From positions 51,338,001 to 51,402,000 of the forward strand of contig NC_045707.1 in assembly GCF_009834535.1 (NCBI RefSeq): a stretch of DNA of 64,000 nt, read 5' to 3'. The DNA comes from Camelus ferus. Taxonomy: Eukaryota. Under the pieces are notes generated by a model, which saw nothing but the letters and a program-made list of their open reading frames with translations, ran no database searches and had not been told where the DNA came from. Below are positions 10,106 to 24,245 of the stretch, piece after piece (position 1 is the first letter of the stretch; the number at the start of each line of letters is the position of its first letter). The position numbers and the translations under genes were made by a program.

Positions 10106-11975
10106 GTACTTCATCCTCTCTTGTAATCAAGAAAATTTGAATTAAAAAATAATAAATTATCATTTAATACTTATTAGTTGGGCAAATCATTACAAATCTG
10201 ATTATAGAACGTTTGAGGATGTAGAAAGATGAGAATGTTTGCACATTTTGATGGCTATAAGTAGAATCAAAAATGGTATAGGCATTTTGGAGAGAAAATA
10301 CCAATAACCAAATATACCACTGAGAACCTGACATACAGTTTGGAAGAAATTATGATAAGAATGCACATTGTAGAGTTATTTGTAAGAAAATTTGGAAACA
10401 ACCAGAATGTTCATCAATAGTAGAAAAAATACATAGCAGTTTATTTGTAAAATGGGAAACTCTACAGCCATTCAAACAAATCACTTATCAACAGAGTGAA
10501 AATAAGTTCCAAAAAAGGTTCAAAATGCTGTTATTTATATTATTAGATGTATTTCCATAAAAATACATATATTGTCTATGAATATACAGACATTAAGTAA
10601 ACAAAATATTTGTGTGAATGATAAATGCCAGAAATATGATAGTGACTACTTTTCAGAAAAGAGGGTATCAAAGAGTAATACATAAGTCATTCACCTCTGT
10701 TTATGTTTTATATCTTAAAAATAAGCCAAAGTGCACATGGTAAAATTTTAAAATTTTATAAAACCTGGTGTTTAGTAAATACATACTTCTATTATTCTCT
10801 ACATTTGTATGCATATCTGGATTATTTCAGGATTTAAAAACAAAGCAAAACTCATCCTCTCTTTAAAACTCAACCTCAAAAAATTTCTTTAAAAAATGTT
10901 ATTGTCATAAAACATCAAACTTAAAAATGATAAAGGAGGGGATTTTTCACTCCCTTAAAAATAGATTAAAGTACCTGCCAAAATCATAATTAAACTTCTA
11001 TATACTAACAGCTTAAGCCAAAAACTTTGTAAGACTGGTGTAAGATATTGGAACTTGCTTTCAAAGAATGCATAATTCAGTTGAAAAATGCCCTATATAG
11101 GCTGCTAAGTCCAGAATTATGACTCTGGCTTTACCAGACCAAGTTGTATGACATTAAGTACATCTCTGGACAGTTGTCTCTATTGCTGATATCCAATGAC
11201 CTGAGGCTCCTTTCTAAGATTCAAGGGAGAACAGAGGAAAGATATGATATACCCACTTGTCAAAAGAAATAAAAACAAAACAGAACTATTTTTGGAAAAA
11301 TCTAGTTTGTTCCTCTAGATTTGTCCAGAAATTTAACACTTAGGGTTTCTAATCATATAACACTTAGTGTTTACTTTTTGAGATATCTGGAAATAATCTC
11401 GGAGCCTTTTTATGTACTAGAATTCAGGCAAAAATGAGAAAATGGGAAAAATCCTTTTCTTTGGTAGTGAATATTTTGTTAGCGTGTTAAAAATTTAAAC
11501 TGAAATGTCCTTCTTATATTGCTGGAAGAAAAACTATTCCACTTCAGGTTTAATTTAAGTATTTTTCCTTATGATGGAGTTAAATCAATTTAGAAAATGA
11601 CTACTATTTAAAATTCCACTTCATAAACTTCTTTAATTAAAATAATAATATACCATCAATCTGCTCCCATTAATGAATTTTAACCACTAGAATTTAAGCT
11701 GTATGGTATACAGATTACATTTTTCAGAGCATATATATACAGACTCCTCAGATTTGAAGTGGCAGCTTAAAATTCAGAGTTTTAGAAGTGATAGCTCAGA
11801 CACAAGCTAAGGGAAAAGAGCAAAAGAGTAAACAAGACAGAGAGAGCAGAGAGGAACTGACGAAAAGAGAGACAGATCAGCAGAAAGATGAGGGTGGGAT
11901 GGTGGATGTGAATGTCAGGAATTTGTGTTAATGATGACTCCGAGGAAATGAATACTCCTGATTAAGGTCCTGGTG

Positions 11976-12003
11976 AAGAGAGAGAGAGAGAGAGAGTGTG
12001 TAT

Positions 12004-12036
<33 letters not shown>
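11976..12036. repeat. Compound (GA)n(GT)n microsatellite
   Basis: Directly visible. Confidence 0.95.
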
Positions 12037-12038
<2 letters not shown>

Positions 12039-12759
12039 GGGGGGTGGGGGGTGTTATATCTTTCTCAGCACAGAGCCCATAAAAATCCATTCTGTGTCTG
12101 GGAGGTGAATGTATTTCTTGTCTGCACTTCAATCTAATTTCCTGTGATTTCAGATCATTTTTTATTTTTAATTACAATGTTGTTTACATTATCAATATGG
12201 CATATTCAAATGATGAATGAGAGGCAGAACAAGGTGGAAAAGACTAGAATAGTTTAAAAGAATTAAGCTATACAAATTTAGAACAAAAGGTATACTTTTA
12301 CAGTTGCAAAAATCAGAAAGCCAATTAAATGGCTTATGGGTGGGGTGAAAAGGCATTGTGTATTGTCAGGATACAACTGGCCATTCCATGTTCATACAAT
12401 ATCAAGAAGCAAAATAAGCCTTACCTCAAGTGAGCTAGAACCAACCAGAACACAGAAAAATCTAGAACAAAGGATACTTTCTCCACAGCTCAGGAGTTTC
12501 AAGTTTCTATCATCTTTGCTTATTTCCATTTGTATATTCTCTTTCACTCTCATTCCTGACTACTTTTTTTTTTTTTTCTGCTGGCTCATTCTACTCATGA
12601 ACCAGTGTGCCTGATACGACATAGTTCAGACTGAAGTTAATAAATCTCCCCCATGTCTTTTTTTATAAATCACAGAAGAGATACTCTGAACAGCTGAATT
12701 CATCTTTTTTGAACTAGGTACCATTATATTCATTATCACCCTCACCATAATCACTACTA

Positions 12760-12985
12760 TCATTTATTGAGTGCTTACTACATGCTATATACTATTCTAA
12801 GTGTTATATATGTATTAAATCATTTAATATTTGTAATTCCTTGAGGTAGGCATCATACTATCATTTCTATTTTGTAGACATAAAAGCTAGAACACAGTTA
12901 AGTAACTTAATGAAGATCACAGCTACTCTGGGCAGAGCCAAATTTGAATCCCAGAGGCAGACTTCAGAGCCCATGGACTTCTCCT
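12760..12985 (-). mobile_element. MIR SINE
   Basis: CATTTATTGAGTGCTTACTA...GAGGTAGG...GTTAAGTAACTT...AGATCACAGCT...TTTGAATCCCAG core pattern. Confidence 0.8.
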
Positions 12986-13819
12986 CTATATCATACCATA
13001 CTCTTACATAGGTCAGCTGTATATCCCTAGTTCATTCAGGAAAGGTAGGGTTGGGTAACATAGTTCTCTGATCACTCAGTGTGGGTAGTGGCCAAGAATT
13101 TCTAAAAATGTGGCTGCAGATGAGACAAGTGATGACCAGACCAGCATCTCTTAATATATTAAAAGAGGTCATGTTTCTATAGTAAGACTGGCTGAATTTC
13201 TAGAGACTTCAGTATAACATTATCTTGATGGAGTCAGCCAAGGTTTAGACCTTCTGAGTATCTCAGAGTTAACTGGACTGAAGTATAGAAACTGGAACAC
13301 CAATTTACAGATGTACAATGGATTATGAGAAGTCAAATTACAATCAGAAGGGTGTCTGAAGAACAAGGAGAATTAGCTGTGTGGATAAACTAAATATTGG
13401 GTTCAATCTGTTTAGGTTTATGAATCAGTCTTTTCATGGAAAAATACCTACCACATAGTTGTTCAACAGAACATGTAGTTGTCAGGATGCACTCCCCAGG
13501 AATAGCTTCTAAATCAACACTGCCACTGTTTCTCTTTAACACTTCCTTTTCAAGTTCTAATTCAGTCTGTTTCTTTTCCAGATTGCTCACTCTCTGTCCT
13601 TAGATGTGTTTAATGACATAAATTATCTCACAATCATTTTTTGCTCAAGCCTAAGATTGATTTTGTCTCTTTGAGGTGACTTTGCTTATTTCTATATTAT
13701 ACATTATATGCTAATTGTATAGTTTAATTTTCAGGGGACAACTCACTTTACCTATGTATATGTTATTGAGGTTCCTTCACTGGTTATTCTCAAAGTAATG
13801 CTTTAAAAGTTTCTGTAGA

Positions 13820-14060
13820 AGTGTAGTGAATAAGAATACAAATTTTAGATCCAGATGTATCTGTATTTGAATTTGTTATTACCAATCATAACTGCCTAAT
13901 CTTGTGCAAATTCACAAAATGCCTCTGTGTCACAGTTTTCATAGCTATAAAATAGGAAAGATAATAGGACATATCTTAGGGTGTCATAAAAGAAATAAAT
14001 TTCTGCAGTTCTTGAAAGATAGTAGCAATAAGCATGCAATAAGTGGGAGATACTATTATT
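13820..14060 (+). mobile_element. MIR SINE
   Basis: CCTCTGTGTCACAGTTTTCATAGCTATAAAATAGG core-like motif. Confidence 0.65.
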
Positions 14061-14169
14061 ATTAACATTCTCTTTAATAGAATCATTTTATTAAATGAAC
14101 TGCTTACACATGTAATCTATTTAATGACATACTCCAAGGTAAGACATCTAAGGCAGTCAGAAGATCTGA

Positions 14170-14503
14170 AAGTCTTCTTATATAATGGAATTTAGCATGT
14201 ATGTTTAACTAGGACTGCAATGCCTAAGATGACTTCTTATCCTTCAGCTTTCTTGCCTTGTGACCTCTCATCATTCATTAGCTCAATTTCTTCACACCAT
14301 GGCCATTTGCTTCCAAGAGAACAAGGCCCAATGTGCAAGGGTTTAATGAACCAAGCCTTTGCTTACATCATCCTTGCCACTAACCCTTCAGCCAAAGCAC
14401 AGCCCTTGACCAAGCCCAGATTTCATGTGGGCAGAGTCTGTACAAGAACATGAATGCTGGAAAGCGTGGTTCATTAGGAGGCACCACTGTAACAGTCTAC
14501 CAC
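14170..14503 (-). mobile_element. MaLR LTR fragment (MLT1-type)
   Basis: CTTTTGCTTACATCATCCTTGC...CAAGCCCAGA...GTCTACCACA terminus. Confidence 0.65.
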
Positions 14504-17500
14504 AGGCAGTGCTTGTTTAAATTAGTTTACTCTCAGTGACAATGTCATTGAGCTTTTCTGGAGAGGCTTAGTTCTGGTCAGCTTTAATAACATTTTAGTG
14601 GTTAGAAGAATGTCCACCAGTAGGCTTTGTCCACCAGTGTCTGTTCAGAGAACCTTAAGTAAATGATATTCTAACAATGGAATTCTCCACTGTGACTGGA
14701 TAATCAGTTGTTGAAATGTTATACAGATGTTTAGTAGCTTGTTTTGACATTGAGGTAAACGAGGACTTTGATCTTAAACTTTTAAAGTTCATAACTGAAT
14801 GTTTATTGAAAACTTCCAATGTTACAAGCACTCTGTTCTATAGATGATGCAAAAGTATATGTTTGAAGCCAGACAAACTTGTATTAAAATAACCACTGTA
14901 CCATTTCTAGCCATATTAAGAGGCCAACTCACTTGACCTCTCTTTGCCTTAACTTTTTCATCTGGAAAGTAGAAATAACAACACACAGCTTTCCATGCTG
15001 CCATGTTAAATAGCATAATGTCTATAAAGTAACTATAAGCAAGTAGATACATAATAATTGTGAGAAGAAGGCTCAAGGAGTATCTGGTCTAATCAAGGCA
15101 ATAAAAAGAGCTTCAAATAATTATTTAGCATTTAGATTTTAAAATATACTCTAATTTGATTTCAATGTTATGGGGTCAAAATGGAGCATAGACATTCATA
15201 GGAAAAATACCTGAAATAATAATATTAAAGTCATCTCATTTTTCTTGAATATAATGACTTTGGTGTTGGTAGCATAATCCAAATATCCCTGTAAGACTTT
15301 TCTCCCTTACATTTCTTAATTTTTTGAGACGTAGAATGCAGATTGTTCCTATTTCAAAATATTGATGGAGAGGTCCAATCTTTGTTTTCTATTATCTGTT
15401 TAATGTATTTATTATTAGATAGATAAAGATCCATACATGTTCCCAATGAGAAAATAATACAGATGGGTAACACAACCAAAAAACATCCACAGGCCAATAG
15501 TAACTTGTTTTTCCTCAGTTATTTTTACCTTCTGAATAGTGTTTGAAATGTGGACTTTAAACAGTAATTTTGTATTATCTCTTCAGCATCCCAAGTACAT
15601 TTCTGAGATGCTAAAGGAGAAAGGACACTAGGTTGTCAACTGGACTCATGTAGTAGTCACCTGGGCAATGCATGAAAAGACTGATGAGAGGCTGTTGCTT
15701 CAGAAGATCAGTACTATAGAGGAAAATATTGCAGAATCACTAAGTATTGCTGAGTTCAAACAGCTTAACAGCTTTTCATGTTTGATTCCTATTCCCCTCC
15801 CTAATGTACCCAGGGATCATTGCAAAGGTGAACTGAAATGTGTTTCGGAATAAAACTCTCTTTTGCATAATTTTTATTTCTTTGGAAAACTTTGATTTGT
15901 TTAACCTTTGTTTTCAGGAAAGTGCATCTTGGTTTCACATTTCCTAGGTGATGGATTTTTCTCTTACATGAATCTGTACTGTTGGGTTGCATTAGTCACA
16001 CTGCATTATGTTGCACTAAATCAAGTAACACAATGTGACTATTAATGTTGTGATGTGTAAGAACATGTCTCACTCGGGACTGGGGAAAATGTGATTTTCT
16101 GAAAACAGCTGTCTCTGCATTTATTCAATAAAACTTTTCACCTTGGAAACTGCATTGTTTGCCATCTAAGCATTTTTGTTGGCAATTTTGAGGTATATTT
16201 TAAAGCCTATTTTTTCCTCTAGTGTTACTAAATATTCATGATTCCACTGAAACTTTCAATAACAAAATAAATTATAATGACGATTATAGTGAATGCCTAC
16301 CACTTCAGTGTTTAGATAAATCAGAACGAGCACAGTCAGAACGTTCAAGTTCAGACCTTACCAACAGATGGATCATGATGAATCAGTAGACTTTAGTAAT
16401 GATCTTCTGTCTGTTGCTACCATGTCACTCCCTTCTCTAAGATGAGTTATAAGAATCAGAGAAGCAGGCTTCACAAGCACGTTATCTCTCTGTCACCAAA
16501 GCCTCTCTTAGCTAACGCCCTCTGCCTCTCTGTTTAGTACCTTTACAACCACTGCTCTTGAGATTGAGGAAAGTAAAGAACAGTTCTCTGCTTGAGCAAA
16601 TGTGTACAAAAATTGATCCTTAATTTCTGTTAAGAATGAATCTATTTATGCTAGGGCAAGAAATTGTTTGTTGGTTTCTGTTAAGGAAGGAGTCGATATT
16701 ACTGTTTTCATTTTTGGCCTACTGAGGTACGAAATATAATGGTGTTCTCTCAGCACTTTGTATATGTTTAATCATTCCCACCCACTTTCACAAATTTTCT
16801 TTCTTTCTTGTAAGATCAAACAATATTTACTCCTATGGTTGCTTGAATAATTTTTTCTTCATCATAATTAGGCTAAGCCTGAATATTACAAACAAAAATT
16901 TTCAGTTTCTTAAATGAAATATTAAAAAATTAGAATAAAAAAAGAAACAAAATGCTTCATACTACTTCTTTATTTTTCCATTTTACTTTTTCCTTTTCTA
17001 CTATTTCTCATTCTTCATCTTGCTTATATCTAACAACATTGCTTTATTTTTTATCAAAATAAAATATGCACATATTACAAAATAAATAAAATATTTCAAA
17101 GGGCTTACATGTCAGATGATGATAAGTGCTAGGGGAAAAAATAAAGAATAGTGAAGTTGGTAGAGAGTACCAGGAAGTGAGATGAAGTTCATAAATCTAA
17201 ATGTTAAAAATCAATAAATATAAATTTTACTTTGTATAGTAGAGTGAACAGAAAGTTATTCTTTCCTCTCTGTATTCTGAATGCATTGAAAGGAATATAT
17301 ACCCACACTTATACATACAAGTGTATGTCAGTCAAAACACACAGATGTGCTCAAAAACAAGAGAGCACATCTTCATAGGATAAAGGAGGAGAGGAATTCC
17401 ATAGTTTCAAATACATAGTGGTCATATGGCCCATAGGAAATAAAGACTTGACTCAAGAATTGAAAGAACCTCACAGCTTGGTCAGAAATAAGGATAAAGC

Positions 17501-17749
17501 TGGAGGTTTGCTTTATATTCTGGGATTTGGGGAGGAAATAGAGACTGTCATTCAGAACTGGGAACTTGGCCTATGCTTGCCCAGAATTACCACCCAGTAT
17601 ATCATTACCAGTTCCCCCTGGGGAGATGGACCCAAGCAAATGTGAACTGCAAGGTAGGAAAGACTTTCATGGTAAAGCCCCACCTATGATAGGACATTTT
17701 GACAGAAATGAGAAGCAGACCAAAAAACATACTGTTGTGTGAAGGTCTA

Positions 17750-19180
17750 CAGAGGAACTAAACAGGGTAATTAAAGCTTGCAGAAATAGAAGGTGGACAC
17801 TGGATGAAAAAGGCATTAAAATAAATATGTATATAACTTTTAAAAAGATAAAATGTCCTGCAACAATAACAGAAGTTACAAAACAAAGACAGGCAGATGT
17901 GTGAAAGAATGAATTATATGAATCTTAAAAAAAAAAACTCTGGAAGTTGAGGTCAGTAGATGAGATGAGTGGTGGACTCTCCTCAGTTGAAGATGTGTAT
18001 TTAAAGACACTACAAAGAACACTGGATAAAAACAACACAAATGTAAAATGTGAAAGAGAAGTTAAGAAACAGAAGACAGAATGATAAATTCTAGTATATA
18101 TTTAATAATTAATATATAATTATATAAAAAGGTAATTTTTAGAATAAAGAAGAAGAAATAGAAAAATAATTTATTATTTCTAGAAACAAAGAAACAATAA
18201 TTCTTCAAATTAAAAATGTTCAGTGAAAGGTGAGCAGGATAAATTCAAAAGGTGTATAGTGAGAGAAAAAATAATTACCTGTATAACATCAATGATAGTG
18301 AGCAAATCTTAAAAAAAAAAAAAGGAGAATATTAAGATTACTTATAAAGAAAGGAAGATTCCATTACAAAAGTCTTCTCATCCACAAAAATACGTGCCTG
18401 AAAACAAGTATCTGAAGAAGAATGACTGTCAACCTAGAATACAATCCTCAAAATTAAACCATCACTCAGAAGTAACAGTAAAATAAGATATGCAGAAACT
18501 AAGAGTTTATTCTTAGTTTAGAAATCACTGAAAAACTGCTGGAAGATTTACTACAGTATAAAGGAAGTGAGTCAACAACAAAAGAAGATAGGGGTAAAGT
18601 GCATTGAGCAACAGTGTACAAATAAAGTAATAAAATAAATGTCAAGCCTAAATATTTACTGTTAAAAGTAAAGGCAGTAATACATGAACAAATTGAGATC
18701 AGAATAGAAAATGAGTTAACAATAAAATGGAATAGGCGTGCCGGAGAGTTCAGGGAAAAATTAAATTGTGTTAACTTTTAACTTTGTCTTGTTTGGGTAG
18801 GGTGCAGAAATAATGATTATTTTTAGGTTTTGTTTACAAACCATGTGAAGAGAAGTATGTTATAAAGTAAGAGCTAACATGAGAGAACAGAAATTACATA
18901 TGTATATTTTTTAAACTGTTAGAAAATAAACATGAAACTTCAAGAAAGAAGAAAAAAGTAAGAAAAAGTGTTAATAGTTAGAAAGCACAAATTATTGGAA
19001 GTAATTTGAAATATATTTATAATCACAGTAAATGTAAAACTCACATCTTACAAATGCCATCTTAAGAGAGACCCAGAACAGCTCATATGATTGGATACTA
19101 TTCAGTGGTTGAAAGAAATGAATTACACTTATATTTTGACTGTGGATAAATCTCAAGAACATATTGTTGAGGGAGAAAAA
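17750..19180 (+). mobile_element. Ancient L1 ORF1-like or HAL1 remnant
   Basis: Very A-rich; TGTCAACCTAGAATA resembles the ORF1 C-terminal QPRI motif. Confidence 0.5.
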
Positions 19181-20289
19181 GCAAGTGTAGTTATTTTACC
19201 ATGCGGTGCCATTATACAAACAATACACATACAGACAAGAATACTTTATGCAGTCTGTTCAGCTACAGCTCATGTTTCTTGTCATTACAATTAACACATA
19301 CCTGACTGGTGACAAAGAAAATAATGCAGATATTGCAGCAATTCATGAATGATTTTTCTTCAGTAAATCAATCCTGTGTGCTATGGTCTGATAGTGGCTG
19401 ATTCAAAGTGTTCTAATACAGACAAATACCCACCAGTTAGAGAGGGGTATAGTGCAGTATTTTACCTGATACTCTTTCACTCCCTGTTCTGCTCTAGACC
19501 TGATTCTCTCGGCCATCTCTTCCTCATTTTTTGCCCAATTCCTATTTCTTTTTAATGCACCATCTTTAGGTAGAGTTCTAAGGAAAGGTGTAACACATAT
19601 TCTGAATTCTCAAATATCGAAATATGTCTATATTCTGTCTTGGATAACTGTTTGCTGCTACTGCACAGAAGAATGTAGCAGAAAGAAGTGAGAACTTTCC
19701 TGGAAAGCCTATATTCTTGGATTTTGCATCCATTTATTCTCTATGGCAACCTTCCATTCCATTTACTACAATGAAGCATATGCTATCTAGCAGTTTAAAA
19801 CATGCCTTTTGTTGTATTGATGGGACAGTTAAGGATATAAACTATGTGTTCAGTTGATTACAGGTGTCATCTCATGAAGTGAAGTTGACTAAGTATAATT
19901 CTGCCATTAATTGGTGTCCATCCTGGGCATTGTGTTCTGCACACATTTAACTTGTGGGTAGTTCATTTAAGATAGATCAGTACTTCCCGGAAGACCTACT
20001 ATAGGTCCTTGCCTTCACCTAGACCACTTTGCTGCCATCTTATAAACTCCAGTGCTATCATAGAAAGTAAGGGCTCTTCTTTTTGGATCCAAACTCACTC
20101 TGGCTTTAGGGCAAATATTTTTCCTTGAAGTTACTTAAGTCAATCTTAGCCACTATCATCTGTATCTGTCTCATGATAATTTACAATTCTGCTCCTGACA
20201 TAAGCACTCATGTACTGTGAGCTCCTATCAAGTTTACTCCATTTATTACTCAATAAGTTGTTTAGACTAATTACTTATTCTTAGACTAA

Positions 20290-20700
20290 TATTAGGATAG
20301 CTGTTGAATTAATGAGGCTCAATATGTTGCAGAAATAAGCATGCAAGAAATGGCAGTGATTTAGGATAACAAAGGTTTATTTCTCACTTATGCTGTGTAT
20401 ACATTCTAGGTCAGGTGCAGCTCTGTTCCAAGGCAGTGTTCCACACATTGCCTTCAATCCTGGACCCAAACTAAAGGAATAACCTTGATCTGAGACATTG
20501 TTGACCTCACCTTTGAGGAAAGATAAAACATAACAGAACTTTGCAATTGCTCTTAAAATTTCTTCTTAGAGATGCACAATATGACTTCTGTTCTCGTTTC
20601 ATTGGCCAACACAAGTCACAGGAGAAAGCTTGATGTCAACAGCTGGTAATGGATAATTCACCCAGAGAGGGCAAGCAGCAAATATTTTGAACAACTCTAT
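20290..20700 (-). mobile_element. MaLR LTR (MLT1J-like)
   Basis: AAAGGTTTATTTCTCACTTATGC and TTCATTGGCCAACACAAGTCACA motifs. Confidence 0.65.
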
Positions 20701-22424
20701 TCTATATTCTATATTAATTCTATAGCTGTGTTTCTGTTCAATTTCTCTTGTACCTGCAATATTTCAATAATGAGTCATGTATTCCTTTCCTGTCTTCTCA
20801 CCTGTTTTCTCATTCTAATAAACTAAAAAGTCCTCCTAATTGACTTTCTGAAATATTTTCATATATGTGTCCTCTTCTTTATCTTTCCCACTAAAACCTG
20901 GTCAGGCTGTTGTTGTCTCTCTCTTGGACAATTACTCACATCTCCCAAATGGTACCTTTGCCATCAGTTATGTGCTCCCTCACATCTGTGCATCACACAC
21001 CCACAAGTTGATCATACCAGTCGCCTGCTGAATGTCTGGGCCCTTGTGGGCTGATGGAGCCCTTCCTGATGTGAGCTCTGTCTCCTCTCTAGCCTCACTG
21101 TTCCTCATCCCATGACTCACTGCAACACTCTGAAGTGGCCTTTGTACTGCCTCCCCCACCACTCATTCATTTGTGTAACTTCTACTCATTTTGTGACACA
21201 TCTCAATAATCCTTGGAAAACCATTCCTAAAGCTCCCAGGATCTTGGGAGATCCTGTAACAGCATGCTGCTCTTGCTATACTTATCTTTGTGATACTTGT
21301 TTTTGTACACCTGTCTCCTTCTCTGGACTACACACTCTTTACAGTCAGGGGCTGATTTTTACTCAACTTTGTGTCCCTTGAATGGCAGCAGTTGTGTCTT
21401 TGTAATCACTGTGCTCTTGCAACCGAAACACTGTCAGCACATAATAGATGCTTGATAGTTTTACTTATTATGGTCATCAGCCAAAAAACACATTCCCTTA
21501 TTCAAATGTAAAAATTTATAATGACTTTCCAGAAGAACTTATAATGGATATTATATTTATATTTCAAAATGAATTGAACCATGTCTATAGGTTTTGTTTG
21601 AAAATGTACAGAAGTGAAATGTACATTAGTGTCATTAGTTCTTTCAGTTTTTCCTCCTTGTAAACAAATCTGTAACTCACAGATTTAAATATATTCAATA
21701 TGGGTTTGCTTATGCATTGAATTTCCTCATGAATTCTGTTTATTAATATCCTAAATATTTCCCTTGGTGCTTAAGAACTCTAATTTTGAAATGAATGGTT
21801 AATTTCAGTCAGGGTTAAAATAACCTTAACATAGACATAGCTATCACAGGGACCAGTGATGGGAAAATAGTTGTAAAGTTGCAGGTAAGGTAGAATACAT
21901 CTCTGGTGTACACGTTGCATCTTACATTTGCTCTTCTGTTCAGTGGCACACAGCAAAGGACAAGGACAGATCTTCAAAAAAGATTGTACTGTTCCAATTC
22001 TGAACAATAAGCATTCTTATATAGATGACTTGTTTTCTCTGGAGAAGTTCTTCTCAGAGCATTACGTTACACAATTATTTCATTACCTGATATGCACCCA
22101 AAATTAAGAACAAGGACAAAAGTTTCAAAGTATTCTGAGAATGTCTAATTGGAAGCATGTAAAGCCTTCTATATAAATTTACATCTCTAAAGTATTAGTA
22201 ATATACTAAAGGGGAAAAGAATCCTTAAATTACAGTACCTGGATTACTATGGCTAAAACATTCAATTGGGATCATATACGATTTAATGGGTCAAAATATT
22301 CTGCTTTTTGGTCAATTGTGTTATGTATGTTGTCTCTTTAACTATTCTGGTATATCTTAAATGATGCTAAATTCCTCTATACAATTGCAAGTAGATTACA
22401 TATACATGACTAACAGTCCAATGA

Positions 22425-22895
22425 TATCATTTCATTTGCTTAATAAAAAATGTTGAGCTCCTACTAATGATGGTGATACAGCAGTGAACAAATGAAATCT
22501 CGACTCTTAGGGTTTATATTCTAGTGGATGGGATCATATGAAAAATTAATATAACCTTGGTCAGATTGTGATACATGGCATAAAGAAAGATAAAAGGGTA
22601 AGAAGTTAGCAGTGATGAGCAGGCATCTCTGAGAGGGAGACTTTTACACAGACATCTGAGTGAAATGAGAAAGTAAGTCATGATGACAACTGGGAACAGA
22701 GCTTTTAAGGCTGAAGACACAGGGTGCAAGATGACCCTGCAGCAAGAACCTGCTTCATCTGTCTTATGTGGCTGGTGAACAAGAAAAAGTTAGAAGGGGC
22801 CATGTCTTGGAGTTCTTTTAGATCACAGTAAGAACTTCAGATTTTATTCCATGTGAGACAGGTAAACCATAGAATGATTCTGAGAAAAGGAACAG
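22425..22895 (-). mobile_element. L2 LINE fragment
   Basis: TCATTCATT-like tail, GATACAGCAGTGAACAAA, TTTATATTCTAGTGG, GAACTTCAGATTTTATTCC. Confidence 0.7.
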
Positions 22896-24087
22896 CTTTG
22901 TAAACCATGGCTTTGGCATTTGTGTAGAATGTATACTGTTAAGAGAAGCTTGTAGTGGCCCACAAGTGGTAAGAAATAGAACTTTGTCGGCATTCCAGAA
23001 GCCTTTCCCTTAGCTCCTTTCTGCACTCAAAAAATTACCAAACTTTTAAATTCCTTTAATAAACAAATAAATGTGTTAATTTTATTGATTTAATACATTA
23101 ATGAGTAGTTTTTTAAAAATTGGGTCAAAGAGCAGCATATGAAACTTAACTAAGTGTCATTTATTTCTATGATGATTGATGGTGCTGACCCAAACTAGGA
23201 GTTAGGTAGAAAGGCACATCTTAGTTAAATGATTTCTAAATGTAAAGGAGTATTTTCACATGGGGACTCTTTACTTATATAGTACACATTATGCAGGGTA
23301 TTATTGCTAATGATAGAATGGTAGTCTCTGTCACATAATATCCTCCAACCCCCTCTATGGTTTAAATATCTAATTGGATTTCTCCTCATGAAGCTTATAA
23401 AGTACAAGTAAAGGTGTGTTACTTGTTCTGGTGAATAATGGGCATTTTTATTTCAATACGCAGTGTATTGTGTTCCTTATAATGTTAGTCATTATTCTAT
23501 TTGATGTGTATCACGTTCTCAGATTGATACGTTTAAAATTAATGAAGCATTTGTCTTCCCTGTGAAGAAACTAATAAGGAAATTTTATCCCAATGAATTA
23601 TGTAGACAGAATTAAAACAAATCAGTGTTATTTTGGAGTAGATATTTTCTGAATTCAAACGCATCCTAACCATAACTATGAATTGATATGCTGCTTCGAA
23701 AAAAATGGTGAGTCATTTCAAATCAAAATTAAATAAATTAAATATGCTGAGAATGCTGGCGGCAGGGTTTTATCCCTGGATCTTAAATTTGATGTAATTT
23801 TCTCCCTGATTTTGTCCTCCAAAGGGATAATTCATTGAATATATAGCACTTATTGAGTGTTTTCTATGTGCCAGACTATGGGGTAGTTACTGGGCTACTA
23901 CTCCTTCAAAGATCAGTAAGTACCCAGTTTGTTCTCAGTTTGTAATTTATCTGAGAAAAATGTATATGCAGTTAATTAAGAGGTGTTACAGCCAGCAAAG
24001 TTTGCAGCTAAACTGTGTAGTAACTTTGTGTGAAGTAGAAGAAGGAAACCCTTTTCTAATTATGTATGTGTGTATGTATGTATGTAT

Positions 24088-24153
24088 GTAAATTGATGTA
24101 TAGTTGATTTAGAATGTTGTATTAGTTTCTGGTGAACAGCAAAGTGTTTCAGT

Positions 24154-24234
<81 letters not shown>

Positions 24235-24245
24235 TTCTTTTTCAT
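24088..24245 (-). mobile_element. L1 3' end (cetartiodactyl-type) containing a (TA)n(CA)n microsatellite
   Basis: TTGATGTATAGTTGATTTAGAATGTTGTATTAGTTTCTGGTGAACAGCAAAGTG then (TA)n(CA)n at about 24156-24233. Confidence 0.75.

Larger units (their letters stand above)
8470..10850 (+). mobile_element. Ancient L1 (L1M/ME-like) ORF2 and 3' region remnants, interrupted by the U6 copy and an MLT1 LTR
   Basis: A-rich strand bias; decayed ORF2 motifs (TCTCAATAAGTGCATAAAAAATCATTTGA, TTATTTGTAGACATG, ATAAATTCAGTGCAATCCCAATAAAA). Confidence 0.75.
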